Below the pieces are notes generated by a model. The model searched no databases, had not been told where the DNA came from, and saw only the letters and a list, made by a program, of their open reading frames with translations. DNA of 63,974 nucleotides, the filler included, from Octopus bimaculoides (Eukaryota): NCBI RefSeq assembly GCF_001194135.2. It is 6 parts of 6 records of this genome, joined end to end, with 100 filler letters (N's around TTAATTAATTAA, not from the genome) between each part and the next. Parts side by side here need not be neighbours in the genome. Positions count along the whole stretch, not along the records: positions 30,728 to 39,225 come from NC_068983.1; positions 39,326 to 44,781 come from NC_069005.1; positions 44,882 to 62,231 come from NC_068988.1; 3 more parts are not named here. One strand, written 5' to 3'. Positions 38,723-51,689 of the stretch are shown piece after piece; position 1 is the stretch's first letter, and every line of letters begins with the position of its first letter. A program made the translations under genes and the position numbers.

Positions 38723-39098
38723 CAGAGATGCCTATAATAGGACATCTAACCCACTAGAAAGAGCAGCAAAAAACTCTATACCACAAAAATAGGGATAATT
38801 TCGAAAGGGAATGAAAAATAAAAACATTTACCAATCTATTTTCCGTACCATGGTTTCAAGCTATTTTAGCAAAATAAAACATATTTTGCTTGGGCAGCTA
38901 TCTTCAGCGGAATACCAAGATAGAACATATAAACACGAGTCACAACATAGGAAACGTGACTTATGCTTATATGCTTATAAAATAGATTGGTAAATGTTTT
39001 TATTTTTCATTCCCTTTCGAAATTATCCCTATTTTTGTGGTATATAGTTTTTTGCTGCTCTTTCTAACAGGTTAGATGTCCTATTATAGGCATCTCTG
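38723..39098. mobile_element. Tc1/mariner-type MITE with long TIRs
   Basis: Inverted arms 38720-38842 and 38979-39101 (123 bp, 4 mismatches counted by eye) around a 136-bp spacer. Termini TA|CAGAGATG...CATCTCTG|TA. Confidence 0.85.
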
Positions 39099-39439
39099 TA
39101 TTTTAAATGAATAGTATATAGTCTATTGACTAATTTTTATTCTCGCTGGACCACTGGTGGTAAATAAAATTTCAAAACTTTTTTTGATGCCCTATGATTT
39201 ATTAATAATGATAATACACAAAAACNNNNNNNNNNNNNNNNNNNNNNNNNNNNNNNNNNNNNNNNNNNNTTAATTAATTAANNNNNNNNNNNNNNNNNNN
39301 NNNNNNNNNNNNNNNNNNNNNNNNNGAAGACAGACGTAATACCGCTAAGCATTTCGCCCGGCGTTCTAACGGTTCTGCCAGCTCACCGCCTTCTTTCTGT
39401 CTTTCTTTTTTTCCTCTATTTTATTCTTTTTTTTTTGTT

Positions 39440-39600
39440 GCTTGTTTCAGCCATTTAACTGTGGCCATGCTGGAGAGCACCGCCTTTTAGTCGAGCAAAT
39501 CGACCCCAGGACTTATTCTTTGTAAACCGAGTACTTATTCTATCGGTACCTTTTGCCGAGCCACTACGTTACGGGGACGTAAACACACCAGCATCGGTTG
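39440..39600 (-). mobile_element. SINE family B 3' half (family A head at 39325-39392 adjacent)
   Basis: TGTTTCAGCC...GGCCATGCTGG...GGGGACGTAAACACACCAGCATCGGTTG. Confidence 0.8.
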
Positions 39601-41078
39601 ATATCACCTTCAAAGGCACAAACAAAGCATAACCAAATTCGTACATACACACCAACAATCAGAACGTATTCTCAAACTCGAACCAACAGAAATCATCAAC
39701 TGCTTAACGTAAGCACGAATAACACACAGACAACGTGCACCAATATAAAAGTATAACACACAGTGTCTACATCATATTAACGAATAGCATTTCTATACAC
39801 GTGAAAACCATTCAGATATTGCATCACAAAGAAAGGTCGCTTCAGGGGAAAAATATAAGCAAATGATTGTGTATAAACAGCTTGTGGAAAAAACCCACAA
39901 ATAGCCGGAGGTTTGAAACAGCTGTCGTTTCATAGGAATAAAATAACTCATCCTAATCCCACTTTCCTCTTCCCTTGTCAAACTAGATCGCGGCGGTTCT
40001 AACACGTGATTGTATAACTTATTACTTGCTCTGCATTACTTTTCCCAGCGATATATGTTTGTACATTTTAGCATTGAGAACTTCTATAAACAGGCAATTA
40101 CAGAAGTACGAAGATGGAAAATGATATTGCTTTATTCCTAGTCGTCATATGGCTACGGACAATGACCTCAGCAAAAGAATTAACAATCAGAAATATATCA
40201 CAGATTTCATGTTATTGTCTTTATTGTACTCCATAATAGTTTTCTTCAATGGTTATTTTGCTTAAAACATTGTGCACAACATTCAAATACTTTATTGAAA
40301 CAAAACAAAGAAAGCTTATATTTGCTAAACTCGACATAAGTAAATCAAAACGACTTTTTTCCTCAAATAGGAAAAGAAAGTAGAATCGATATAATTTAGC
40401 TGACGCTGGATTGAGCTTATAATTTGGAGAAATGTTTTTACTGATATGTCTCTAGAATGTGAGATCATGAAGTTTACGACAGAGAGAGTGAGAGGAAGTG
40501 AAAAGACAGTTATCTGTAGTTGAATCATCAATAATGAATCTTGAAAACAACATTTTGATAAAAAGAAATATTAAAATTAGAATTTTAAAGAATTTTCTAG
40601 ACATCGTAGACTTTAATAATTGCATTCTTTATGTAAAAGTTGCAAACTCCAAACTAATTAATTAGCTCCTGTCTTTATTATACCGTAAATTTACCAATTT
40701 GCTACGTTGCTGTTTCTTTCTTTATTTTCCTTCGCATATATTTGCGTATTTTTTGTCCTTTTCCATATAACTTGCATAAATTTATTATATTTTTTTAAAT
40801 CCACTTCTATGTTTATTTGTCAGAAATCATAACGACAAGATTTTGTTCCAAACTTTACCATTCCTCTATTTGCATCAAGAACTAATTCAGTTATATCAAG
40901 AGATTTTCATTGCTCAGTGACAAAATATCGACAGTTCTGTTTCTTCTTATTATTGTTGATGCTAGGGCTGGGTATAATTAAATATGCGTGTGTTTGTGTG
41001 CGTGTGTTTGTGTGCGTGTGTTTGTGTGTGTGCGCGCGCTTTGTTCTATATGAATACTTAAATAGCGTGTTTATGCGT

Positions 41079-41109
<31 letters not shown>

Positions 41110-41133
41110 CACACACATGTATGAGTTTATGTA

Positions 41134-41173
<40 letters not shown>

Positions 41174-41205
41174 GTATATATATATATATGTTCATATAAA
41201 TATAC

Positions 41206-41249
<44 letters not shown>

Positions 41250-41490
41250 ATATATATTTATACACACACACACAAATATTTGACTATACATGTTTAAATA
41301 TATTTGAATATAAATATGTATTTATATGCATATGAATATATATATATTTATGTGTATTTTCATATATATATATATACATAGGAATATAACATGTGTTCAT
41401 ATAGATACACATATGCACATGCGTGCATCTATAAATACATATGAATGAGTCTATGTACATTTATATATGCATATATACAACGTGTATTAT

Positions 41491-41555
<65 letters not shown>

Positions 41556-41879
41556 TGTATGTATGTATGTATGCATACGTATAATTTTTCTTCATTACAT
41601 ACGAGTGCGTAGCAGTTCTATTCACTGTAATTGTGACGGTGATTTGATGATGATGTTAGTGATGATGGTAAACGATATAATTGTTGTTGTTTTTGTTGTT
41701 GTTGTTGCTATTGTTGTTGCCTCAACTGCTGCTGCTGCTGCTGCTGCTACTGCCACTGCTGCTCCTACATTTCGATTGATTGTTATATTTGCTACTTTTA
41801 CATATTGAGTTTCAGACGAAATTCTTTTTTCGCTTCAATATATTTATTATTCTTTAATTATTTCCACTTCATGTTTTCT

Positions 41880-41880
41880 T

Positions 41881-41930
<50 letters not shown>

Positions 41931-42087
41931 TGTAGTAGTAGTAGTAGTAGTAGTGTTGGTGGTGGTGGTGGTGGTGGTGGTTTGGTGGTCACTAATAATA
42001 ATGGTAATGGTGGTCATGGTGATTGTAGTAAAGTAGTTGAAGCAATAGTATCATATGGTGGTAGCATTGATATTAGTAGTTATTGCT

Positions 42088-42136
<49 letters not shown>

Positions 42137-42145
42137 CAGTAGTAT

Positions 42146-42177
<32 letters not shown>

Positions 42178-42219
42178 ATTGTAGTAGTAGTAGTATTAAT
42201 AGTAGAAGTAGTTGTTGAT

Positions 42220-42276
<57 letters not shown>

Positions 42277-42350
42277 ATAGTAGTAGTAATTGTAGTAGTA
42301 GTAGTATTAATAGTAGTAGTAGTTGTTGATGTAGTAGTAGTAGTAATAGT
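41880..42350. repeat. Long (TAG)n/(GGT)n compound microsatellite
   Basis: Direct inspection; explains the poly-V, poly-S and poly-T ORFs. Confidence 0.95.
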
Positions 42351-43519
42351 AGTAATATTTGTTGTTGTTGTTGCTGCTGTTGATGTTGTTGTGGTTGTTG
42401 TGGTTGTAGAATGTGTCACTTAATATTTGATATGACTTGTTACTGTTGTTAGTTTGTCTCGAGTTGTTTTTAGATTTCTCAAAATTTTTTTTCTCTTTCT
42501 CTCTCTCTTTCTCTCTCTTCCTCTCTTTCTCTCTCTCTCCCTCTCTTNNNNNNNNNNNNNNNNNNNNNNNNNNNNNNNNNNNNNNNNNNNNNNNNNNNNN
42601 NNNNNNNNNNNNNNNNNNNNNNNNNNNNNNNNNNNNNNNNNNNNNNNNNNNNNNNNNNNNNNNNNNNNNNNNNNNNNNNNNNNNNNNNNNNNNNNNNNNN
42701 NNNNNNNNNNNNNNNNNNNNNNNNNNNNNNNNNNNNNNNNNNNNNNNNNNNNNNNNNNNNNNNNNNNNNNNNNNNNNNNNNNNNNNNNNNNNNNNNNNNN
42801 NNNNNNNNNNNNNNNNNNNNNNNNNNNNNNNNNNNNNNNNNNNNNNNNNNNNNNNNNNNNNNNNNNNNNNNNNNNNNNNNNNNNNNNNNNNNNNNNNNNN
42901 NNNNNNNNNNNNNNNNNNNNNNNNNNNNNNNNNNNNNNNNNNNNNNNNNNNNNNNNNNNNNNNNNNNNNNNNNNNNNNNNNNNNNNNNNNNNNNNNNNNN
43001 NNNNNNNNNNNNNNNNNNNNNNNNNNNNNNNNNNNNNNNNNNNNNNNNNNNNNNNNNNNNNNNNNNNNNNNNNNNNNNNNNNNNNNNNNNNNNNNNNNNN
43101 NNNNNNNNNNNNNNNNNNNNNNNNNNNNNNNNNNNNNNNNNNNNNNNNNNNNNNNNNNNNNNNNNNNNNNNNNNNNNNNNNNNNNNNNNNNNNNNNNNNN
43201 NNNNNNNNNNNNNNNNNNNNNNNNNNNNNNNNNNNNNNNNNNNNNNNNNNNNNNNNNNNNNNNNNNNNNNNNNNNNNNNNNNNNNNNNNNNNNNNNNNNN
43301 NNNNNNNNNNNNNNNNNNNNNNNNNNNNNNNNNNNNNNNNNNNNNNNNNNNNNNNNNNNNNNNNAAATGGTTTTTCCTTGCCTTTGGCCTTCAAGAAATA
43401 GGGTCAGCGGAAGTAGGATTCAAGGCATGAACTTCGAAGTGTGTTATGGAACCGTGAGAAGAAATAACAACAACAACAACAACAATAATAATAATTATAA
43501 TAACAATTATAATAATCCT

Positions 43520-43647
43520 TTATACTATAGGCACGGGGTCTCAAATTTGTGGGGAGGGGAATAGTTGATTACATCGACCCCTGCGCTTGACTGGTACATA
43601 ATTTATCGACCTCGAAAGGATGAAAGGCAAAGTCAACCTCGGCGGAC
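43520..43647 (-). mobile_element. SINE family A, 3' part, flanked by (AAT)n
   Basis: ATCGACC...GAAAGGATGAAAGGCAAAGTCAACCTCGGCGG. Confidence 0.8.
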
Positions 43648-43699
<52 letters not shown>

Positions 43700-43731
43700 T
43701 ATGTATGTATATACGTATGTATGTATTTATG

Positions 43732-43762
<31 letters not shown>

Positions 43763-44178
43763 GTATATACGTATGTATGTATGTATGTATGTATATATGC
43801 ATATATGTATGTATGTGTGTATATGTATGTATTTATGTATGTATTTATGTGTATATGTATATATGTATTTATGTATGTATGTATGTACGTGCGTATGTAT
43901 GTATGTATGTATATACGTATGCGTATAAATGTATGTATGTATGTATGTATGTATGTATGCATCCATGTATGCATGTGTGCATGTGTGTGTATACATATTT
44001 TCTAACTCTGGTGTACTTAACTCTAGTATTATGATATTACTCTCCATTTCTATTAATGCAATTGCACCAAACGCCCAAATCCTGTCATGCATAAATATAC
44101 ATGCACAACTGCGCACTTTGAAATTGAGCATTAGGGGCGTTTGACAAGCCATGTGTGATTGGAATCGATATTTTCAAA

Positions 44179-44206
44179 ATGGCGGTATATTCGAGAGATA
44201 TTCGCC
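44179..44206 (+). CDS. Candidate short first coding exon (possibly MALSU1): MAVYSRDIR-(phase 1)
   Basis: CAAAATGGCGG (YY1-like start context) followed by donor CC|GTAAGG. An unsized contig join (44782-44881) lies between this and exon 46008 and could hide the missing exon. No homology support. Confidence 0.3.
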
Positions 44207-44337
44207 GTAAGGACTACTCTAACGTCACCATTGCACTCACTAACCGATATTGCTACAGTTCTTTTTCTTTTTGTTTTGTTTTTGTATCATACATTTTGCT
44301 GCTCCGTATTGATGATTATATTACGGTATTTAATAAG

Positions 44338-44768
44338 GGTGGATAGCTGGCAGAATCGTTTGCACACCGGGCAAAATGTTTAGCGACATTTCCTCTGTTT
44401 TCGCGATCTGAGTTTCAATGCTGCCGAAGTCGACTTTGTCTTTCATCCTTTTGGGGTCAATAAAATAAGTAAGTACCAGTTAAGCACTGGGGCTGATGTA
44501 ATCCCTAAAATTGCTGGCCTTGTGCCAAAATTTTAAATTAATAATTTAACATTGTCAAGGCAGGGATCTGGTAGAACTGTTACCACTACAGAAAAACTTC
44601 TTCGCAGCGTTTTTGCCCATCATTAAGTCCTGAGTTCAAATTCTGCTAAGGTCATCTTTGCCTTTCATAATTTTGGGGCTAATAAAATAAGTACCAGTTA
44701 AACACTGGGATCAATGTAATTGATACCCCTGCCTGAAATTGCAAGCCTTGTGCCGAAATTTGAAATGA
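44338..44768 (+). mobile_element. SINE family A, head-to-tail pair
   Basis: Two successive diverged copies (about 44338-44540 and 44558-44768). Confidence 0.8.
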
Positions 44769-45419
44769 TAATATATATATANNNNNNNNNNNNNNNNNNN
44801 NNNNNNNNNNNNNNNNNNNNNNNNNTTAATTAATTAANNNNNNNNNNNNNNNNNNNNNNNNNNNNNNNNNNNNNNNNNNNNTATATATATGTAGATAAAT
44901 ACACACACATACACACACACATATATATAATAAATAGTAAATAATATATTGTAAACACACACACACACACACACATATATGCATATATGGGTACAGGATG
45001 TCACCAACGGTTCAAACAACATGAAATACATAAACAAACGAGTTAAATACATAGACAACGAGAAAAACTTTCTGTTATGACATGGTTTCTACAACTGGAT
45101 GCCCTTCCTAATGCCAACCACTTTACAGAGTGTACTGGGTGCTTTTTTTTTCTTATGGCACCAGCACTAGTGAGGTTGCCAAGTAATTTGCAGGGCAAAG
45201 AAAAGACTGTCTACTGAGTATGGTTGTATTAAAGAGGAAAGTGGCTTTATGCCAGGGGATGAAAAGCTAAATTACGACAGAAGGACGGGAACAGGTGTCT
45301 TGCTGTAGAGGGCATATATGGCTACCCTGTATTATGTAAGTGTGGGTGGGCATGGCTGGAAAAAAGACAGTGGTGGTAGTGGGGAAGTGTCACAGTGTCC
45401 CCTCAAGGCACAAGTTGAG

Positions 45420-45792
45420 AGATTGTTGTTGTTTGCACTCCGTCGCTTACGACGTCGAGGGTTCGGGTTGATCCGATCAACGGAACAGCCTGCTCATGAA
45501 ATTAATGTGCAAGTGGCTGAGCACTCCACAGACACGTGTACCCTTAACGTAGTTCTCGGGGACATTCAGCGTGACACAGAGTGTGACAAGGCTGGCCCTT
45601 CGAATTACAGACACAACAGAAACAGGAAGTAAGAGTGAGAGAAAGTTGTGGTGGAAGAGTACAGCAGGGTTCACCACCATCCCCTGCCGGAGCCTCGTGG
45701 AGCTTTTAGGTGTTTTCGCTCAATAAACACTCACAATGCCCAGTCTGGGAATCGAAACCGCGAGTCCGCTGCCCTAACCACTGGGCCATTGC
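45420..45792 (-). mobile_element. tRNA-derived SINE family D
   Basis: Minus head GCAATGGCCCAGTGGTTAGGGCAG...GGTTTCGATTCCC; body TGTCACACTCTGTGTCACGCTGAA...CTCAGCCACTTGCAC. Confidence 0.8.
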
Positions 45793-46007
45793 ACCTCCAC
45801 CACAAGTTGAGAGATACCCGAGAGAATACAGACAAATAATCTGGAAGGGTAGGGAGATAATATCATCAGAGTGTGAAAGGAGGGAGCTGGAAGATGGTTA
45901 GAGATGGATGTAAAGGTGAATGTAGGGAGTTGAACAAGGGTGGAAATATTTTTCTTTTCTAATGTTTCTCATTGTTTTTTTTTTGTTCTTTTTTTTTACC
46001 ATTTCAG

Positions 46008-46089
46008 TATAAAAGAAAAAGGTCTCGATACGATCCACCTTTACGTATTGAAGGCCTTCAAACAAATAACTGGATAGCAATGGATTTAG
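46008..46089 (+). CDS. MALSU1: MALSU1 (RsfS/Iojap family) internal coding exon, penultimate
   Basis: Long T tract ending TTTCAG acceptor and G|GTATGT donor. The 82 nt encode YKRKRSRYDPPLRIEGLQTNNWIAMDL-G(phase 1), matching the RsfS/MALSU1 'IEG...W..vD.G' motif. Joins in frame to 55649. Confidence 0.92.
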
Positions 46090-46429
46090 GTATGTTGCTT
46101 GTTTAACCCTTTTTAAATATCAGCCCATCTGAAACTTAAGGTATTTCATGAACCCTAGGATTATGGTCTTCATTGCTGTTTATTTGAAACTGGTTCAGTC
46201 TCCAATGTTCATTTGGTGTCTTGTTTAATTATCAGCTGTATTCGTTATGCTGTAACTTCATGGCATGTGACTGCATTTTAGTTTTCAGTTGTCATTTTTG
46301 TGTCCTTTCAATTCATTCCATTCATCTTTTGATCTTTATTTGTATTCATGAACATTACATATATGAATATATATGTATACACACACACGCATGCATATGC
46401 ACATACACACACAACACATGCACACACAC

Positions 46430-46610
46430 ACGTACATGCGTGTGCACATGGCTATGCAGTTAAGTAGCTCACTTTGCAAACATGTAGATTTAGGTTCAGT
46501 CCCACTGTGTGGCACCATGAGCAAGTGTCATCTACTGTAGCCTCCAGGCCAACCAAAAGCCCTCTGAGTAGATTTGGTAGATGGAAACTGAAAGAAGCCC
46601 ATCTTACAAA
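46430..46610 (+). mobile_element. SINE family B 5' half
   Basis: GAGCAAGTGTC...GATTTGGTAGATGGAAACTGAAAGAAGCCC. Confidence 0.8.
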
Positions 46611-46619
46611 TATATGTGT

Positions 46620-46835
46620 GTGTGCATGGCTCAGTGGTTAGAGCATCGGGCTCACAGTCAAGAGGTAGTGAGTTCACTTCCCGGACCGGGCTGTGTGTTG
46701 TGCTCTTGAGCAAGACACTTTATTTCACGTTGCTCCAGTTTACTCAGCTGAAGAAATGAGTTGCAACATCACTGGTGCCAAGCTGTATCGGCCCCTTTGC
46801 TTTTCCCTTGGATAACACTGGTGGTGTGGAGAGAG
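46620..46835 (+). mobile_element. tRNA-derived SINE with GAGCAAGACACTTTATTTCAC core
   Basis: Head TGGCTCAGTGGTTAGAGC...GAGTTCACTTCCC. Related minus-strand copies at about 23750-23960 and 30440-30615. Confidence 0.75.
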
Positions 46836-46984
46836 GTGGTCTTCCATAAACAACCTTGCTTGGGCTTGGGCAATCCCATGGTCATTCATGACTGGAGGCA
46901 GGGGTCTTTACACACATACACACACACACATTTCCATATAGAAACACACACACATATATATATAACTCATATTTTTTCACTTTT

Positions 46985-47445
46985 ACCTTTAAACTGGCCA
47001 AGACCTTTGGGGACATGCTGTGCTTGAGAAGATCCGTCAAACCAAGTGAAATTGTAGCCATGGCCAATGTTGGTGTCACGTAACTAGCTGCCATGCCGGT
47101 GGCATGTAAAGGGCACCTTTTGAGTGTTGGGCTTCATGGGGGCAAAGAGGCTGAGCTCCTTTCGAGTGTTGGGCCTTACGGAGGCAATGACCGAGACCTT
47201 TGGCATTATGTCATGACAGATACTGGTGTCACACAAATGGCACCCGTGCCGGTAGCACGTAAAAGCACCCATTACCCTCTCAGAATGGTTGGCATTAGGA
47301 AGGGCATCCAACCATAGGAAACCATGCCAGATCAGACTTGAGTCTGGTTCAGGCTTCCAGCTTACCAGCTCCAGTCAAACCATCCAGCCCATGCCAGCAT
47401 GGACAACAGGTGTTAAATGATGAGGATGATGATGATGATGATACC
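46985..47445 (+). mobile_element. Family C repeat with (GAT)n tail (probable SINE with LINE-derived 3' end)
   Basis: GGTTGGCATTAGGAAGGGCATCC...CCCATGCCAGCATGGA...TTAAATGATGA tail. Confidence 0.75.
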
Positions 47446-47459
47446 AGGGCACAGATGAC

Positions 47460-47770
47460 TCGATCCCTGTACTTCTTTTTTAAGCTTGGTACTTGTTTTG
47501 TCAGTCTCTTTTACTGAACTGCTAAGTAATGGGGACATAAAAAACCAATACCAGTTGTCCAGCAGTGTCGGGGGACAAAACAACACACACACACACACAC
47601 ATATGTACGATAGGCTTCTTTCAGTTTCCGTCTATCAAATCCACACACAAGGCTTTAGTCAGCCCAAGCCTATAGCAGAAGACATTTGCCCAAGGTGCCA
47701 CACAGTGGGACTGAACCCAGAACCATGTGATTGGGAGGCAAGCTTCTTACCACACCTATACATGTCCGCA
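47460..47770 (-). mobile_element. SINE family B
   Basis: Reverse-complement body and head; further fragments at about 51170-51290 (-), 56125-56260 (+), 59955-60110 (-) and 3590-3690 (-). Confidence 0.8.
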
Positions 47771-48618
47771 CCTATACACGTTAGATATAATATATATTCT
47801 TTATGTATATGTGTGTGGGTGTGTGTTTGTATGCAAAGATATATATATATATATATATATATATGATANNNNNNNNNNNNNNNNNNNNNNNNNNNNNNNN
47901 NNNNNNNNNNNNNNNNNNNNNNNNNNNNNNNNNNNNNNNNNNNNNNNNNNNNNNNNNNNNNNNNNNNNNNNNNNNNNNNNNNNNNNNNNNNNNNNNNNNN
48001 NNNNNNNNNNNNNNNNNNNNNNNNNNNNNNNNNNNNNNNNNNNNNNNNNNNNNNNNNNNNNNNNNNNNNNNNNNNNNNNNNNNNNNNNNNNNNNNNNNNN
48101 NNNNNNNNNNNNNNNNNNNNNNNNNNNNNNNNNNNNNNNNNNNNNNNNNNNNNNNNNNNNNNNNNNNNNNNNNNNNNNNNNNNNNNNNNNNNNNNNNNNN
48201 NNNNNNNNNNNNNNNNNNNNNNNNNNNNNNNNNNNNNNNNNNNNNNNNNNNNNNNNNNNNNNNNNNNNNNNNNNNNNNNNNNNNNNNNNNNNNNNNNNNN
48301 NNNNNNNNNNNNNNNNNNNNNNNNNNNNNNNNNNNNNNNNNNNNNNNNNNNNNNNNNNNNNNNNNNNNNNNNNNNNNNNNNNNNNNNNNNNNNNNNNNNN
48401 NNNNNNNNNNNNNNNNNNNNNNNNNNNNNNNNNNNNNNNNNNNNNNNNNNNNNNNNNNNNNNNNNNNNNNNNNNNNNNNNNNNNNNNNNNNNNNNNNNNN
48501 NNNNNNNNNNNNNNNNNNNNNNNNNNNNNNNNNNNNNNNNNNNNNNNNNNNNNNNNNNNNNNNNNNNNNNNNNNNNNNNNNNNNNNNNNNNNNNNNNNNN
48601 NNNNNNNNNNNNNNNNNN

Positions 48619-48853
48619 GTGGTGAGCTGGCAGAAACATTAGCTCGCCGGGCGAAATGCTTATCTGTATTTCGTCTGCCGTTACGTTCTGATTTCAAATT
48701 CCGCCGAGGTCGACTTTGCCTTTCATCCTTTCGGGGTCGATAAATTAAGTACCAGTTGCACACTGGGGTCGATGTAATCGACTTAATCCCTCTGTCTGTC
48801 CTTGTTTGTCCCCTCTTTGTTTAGCCCCTTGTGGGCAATAAAGAAATAAGAAA
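48619..48853 (+). mobile_element. SINE family A, full length
   Basis: GGTGAGCTGGCAGAAACATTAG head through CCCCTTGTGGGCAATAAAGAAATAAG tail. Confidence 0.9.
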
Positions 48854-49659
48854 CTGAAAGAAACCCATCGTATACACACACACACACACATATATATGCA
48901 CACACATCACTGCTTCTCTATGTCTAAGTTTTCATGCTTGCATGGATCAGACAGAATTTATTGCAGCAGATTTTCTATCCCTGGGTGCCTTCCCTGTCAC
49001 CAACCTTTTGCTGTTTCCAAGCAAAGTAATATTTCCCCATTTGGTCCAACATGTTTTTTCTTATGGAAGACTGGAAGTGGCTCTTCTAACGTCCCAGACG
49101 AATTTTGCTTACATCCATATTTCCTTTGCCGTACTACATTGGATGTGTTTGTCGTATCTGATGCTTACCTAAAATGCTGCAGCCTATGTTTTTCAAGTCA
49201 GTCAGTGATCCTTGAACTATAAATGATATATCTAGAGCAATGACCTCTGTGAATTCCTTTTATATTATTTTTCATAATAACCCACTCCTTGCAAATCAGC
49301 AGTTGATGAAATAAGAACTAAATACCGAACTGGGTTGCATACTAGTTTTTTATTAAAAAAATAAATGTAATTTCTTTCTCCTGTCATGAATTGAAAAATT
49401 GAATAATAAACTACAGTGTTTCATGTAGTAGTTACGTAGAATGCATTGTCATCATCATGATCATCAGATACAGCAGTAGCAGTAGTAGTAGCAGTAGTAG
49501 TAGCAGCAGCAGCATTGCTTTATTGTCCACTTTTCTGTGCTGGCATGAGTCAGATGGAACTCATTGAGGTAGATTTTCTCTGGCTCGATGCCCTTCCTCT
49601 TCCATTCCAAGCAAGGTCTGATTATTGCTCCATGGCTGGATATGTTTCCTAGTGTGTGG

Positions 49660-49890
49660 CGGTCATATATCTTGGCCATTCAATGTGCCAAGACCATCCT
49701 GACAGAATATGTTGAGGGCAAGAGAGCAAGAGGTCATCAAAGACGTTTGTGGACTGATAGTGTCCAAAAATGAACTGGACAAGCAAGAGCCTGACTGATT
49801 GTAGGCATGCAGTACAATACAGAGGGGACCGGAGAGTCATGGCCAGCTGACTTCTGGACATAGGGACGGCAAATGGCTGATGAATGTTAA
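49660..49890 (+). mobile_element. RTE-type LINE 3' coding fragment
   Basis: KTILTEYVEGKRARGHQRRLWTDSVQK then WTSKSLTDC..AV..R, matching the 'G.R.RGR.r..W.D.i..WTg.sl' motif. Confidence 0.7.
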
Positions 49891-49904
49891 TATATTATTT
49901 GAGG

Positions 49905-50340
49905 TAGCCTGGTGCAGCCTCCTGGCTTGCCATCCAACCCACGCCAGCGTGGACAGCAAACGTTAAACAATCATCATCATCATCATCATCGTTTAACGTC
50001 TGCTTTCTATGCTAGCATGGGTTGGACGATTTGACTGAGGACTGGTGAACCAGATGGCTACACCAGGCTCCAATCTGATCTAGCAGAGTTTCTACAGCTG
50101 GATGCCCTTCCTAACGCCAACCACTCCAAGTGTGTAGTGGGTGCTTTTACGTGCCACCAGGACAAAGGCCAGTCTGGTGGTACTGGCAACAGCCACGCTC
50201 AAAATGGTGTATTTTACGTGCCACTTGCACAGGAGCCAGTCCAGCGGCACTGGCAATGATCTCACTCAAATGTCTTTTCACGTGCCACTGGCACAAGTGC
50301 CAGGAAGGCGACGCTGGTAACAACCAAACAATGATGATGA
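49905..50340 (-). mobile_element. Family C repeat
   Basis: (CAT)n-TTTAACGTC...CAGCTGGATGCCCTTCCTAACGCCAACC; further minus fragments at about 45085-45180 and 48915-49080. Confidence 0.8.
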
Positions 50341-51124
50341 TTATTGTTAAGTTAGCGTTAATGTATTTAAGACATGGATTATTACTGTTAGTTAACTAGA
50401 ATTAACATGTTTAATCCAGGGATTGTTAGTATAAATTAACATATTTAATGTATTAATTAATCATTGTAAGAAAAAAAAATCAAATTAAAAATAAAAATAC
50501 AACGCAATGAGGGAAAAGAAAAACTGGAAAAATTATTTAGTAAATTTCTAATATTTTTTTTTTCTTAGCAAGTAGCAAAGAAGGAGCACATTGCTAAAAT
50601 TAATTTGATAGTAACTGTGTGTTACTGCTACTCCTAGCTGGTGTACCGAAGATGAATTGGTGTAATCTTAACTAATTTAATGCCTGGTGGCAGGTCTAAC
50701 CCACACCTGGCTCACACACACACACACATGTGTACTCTGCCTGTTCTCCTTCACCCAAGTTAGTCCTTGAAAAGTATTAAGGGGGTGAGGTGTGTGTATA
50801 TGTGTGTGTGGGGGGGATCCCTGTGCAAACTTTACAAGCTTACCAAAAGCCAGTCGCTAGTAGTATTGGTATTAAGAACCAATTTTTGTGTGATGGGAGA
50901 ATAAGTTTTCTTTATCTGTTTTATTCCTTGAGTTGTAGAAAGAACATAGAATTGTATGTAGATTATATACCCTCACACACACACGCACGTGCATACACAC
51001 ACACAGTGGCCCTGNNNNNNNNNNNNNNNNNNNNNNNNNNNNNNNNNNNNNNNNNNNNNNNNNNNNNNNNNNNNNNNNNNNNNNNNNNNNNNNNNNNNNN
51101 NNNNNNNNNNNNNNNNNNNNNNNN

Positions 51125-51157
<33 letters not shown>

Positions 51158-51689
51158 CATACACACATATATGACAGGCTTCATTTCCATGTACTAAATT
51201 CACTGACAAGGCTTTGGGTGACCTGAGGCTATAGTAGAAGACACTTGCCCAAGATGCCACCCAGTGGGACTGAACCCAGAACCATCTGCTGCACATACAC
51301 TCTTGCACTCATACATATGCACTTACACAAACTTACACACGTGCATGTATAGAAATACAAGTGCACTTGCCACAAAAACATATATACACATACAAACTCA
51401 CTTGCACACATGTATGTATATATATATATATATATAAACATATAGTTTATTTAAACAAAGAAAAAGAAAATGGAGATTGAGAAGTTAATAATTGTTTATT
51501 ATTAACAATAAATTAATCATCTTCACTTACAGCTGTTTCAATTAATACTCAGTAAATTTAAGTAAATATCAATTTATATTTATATGATCTGAGCATAGTA
51601 TCTTCAGAGGGGGATGTTTTATATGTTTATGGATTCATTATAGCAGACTCATGGGACGAGGTGGTGAAACATGATCTTCGAACTTTGAA

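Noticed and set aside
39940-40020. GCGGCGG and CACGTG motifs as a bidirectional promoter
   Set aside because: Only short common motifs, with no linked exon on either side.
43990-44152. Minus ORF MACQTPLMLNFK... divergent from 44179
   Set aside because: Runs straight into a microsatellite, with no convincing donor or homology.
48619-48710. tRNA genes at A-box/B-box motifs
   Set aside because: These are SINE heads continuing into SINE bodies; no complete cloverleaf was supported.
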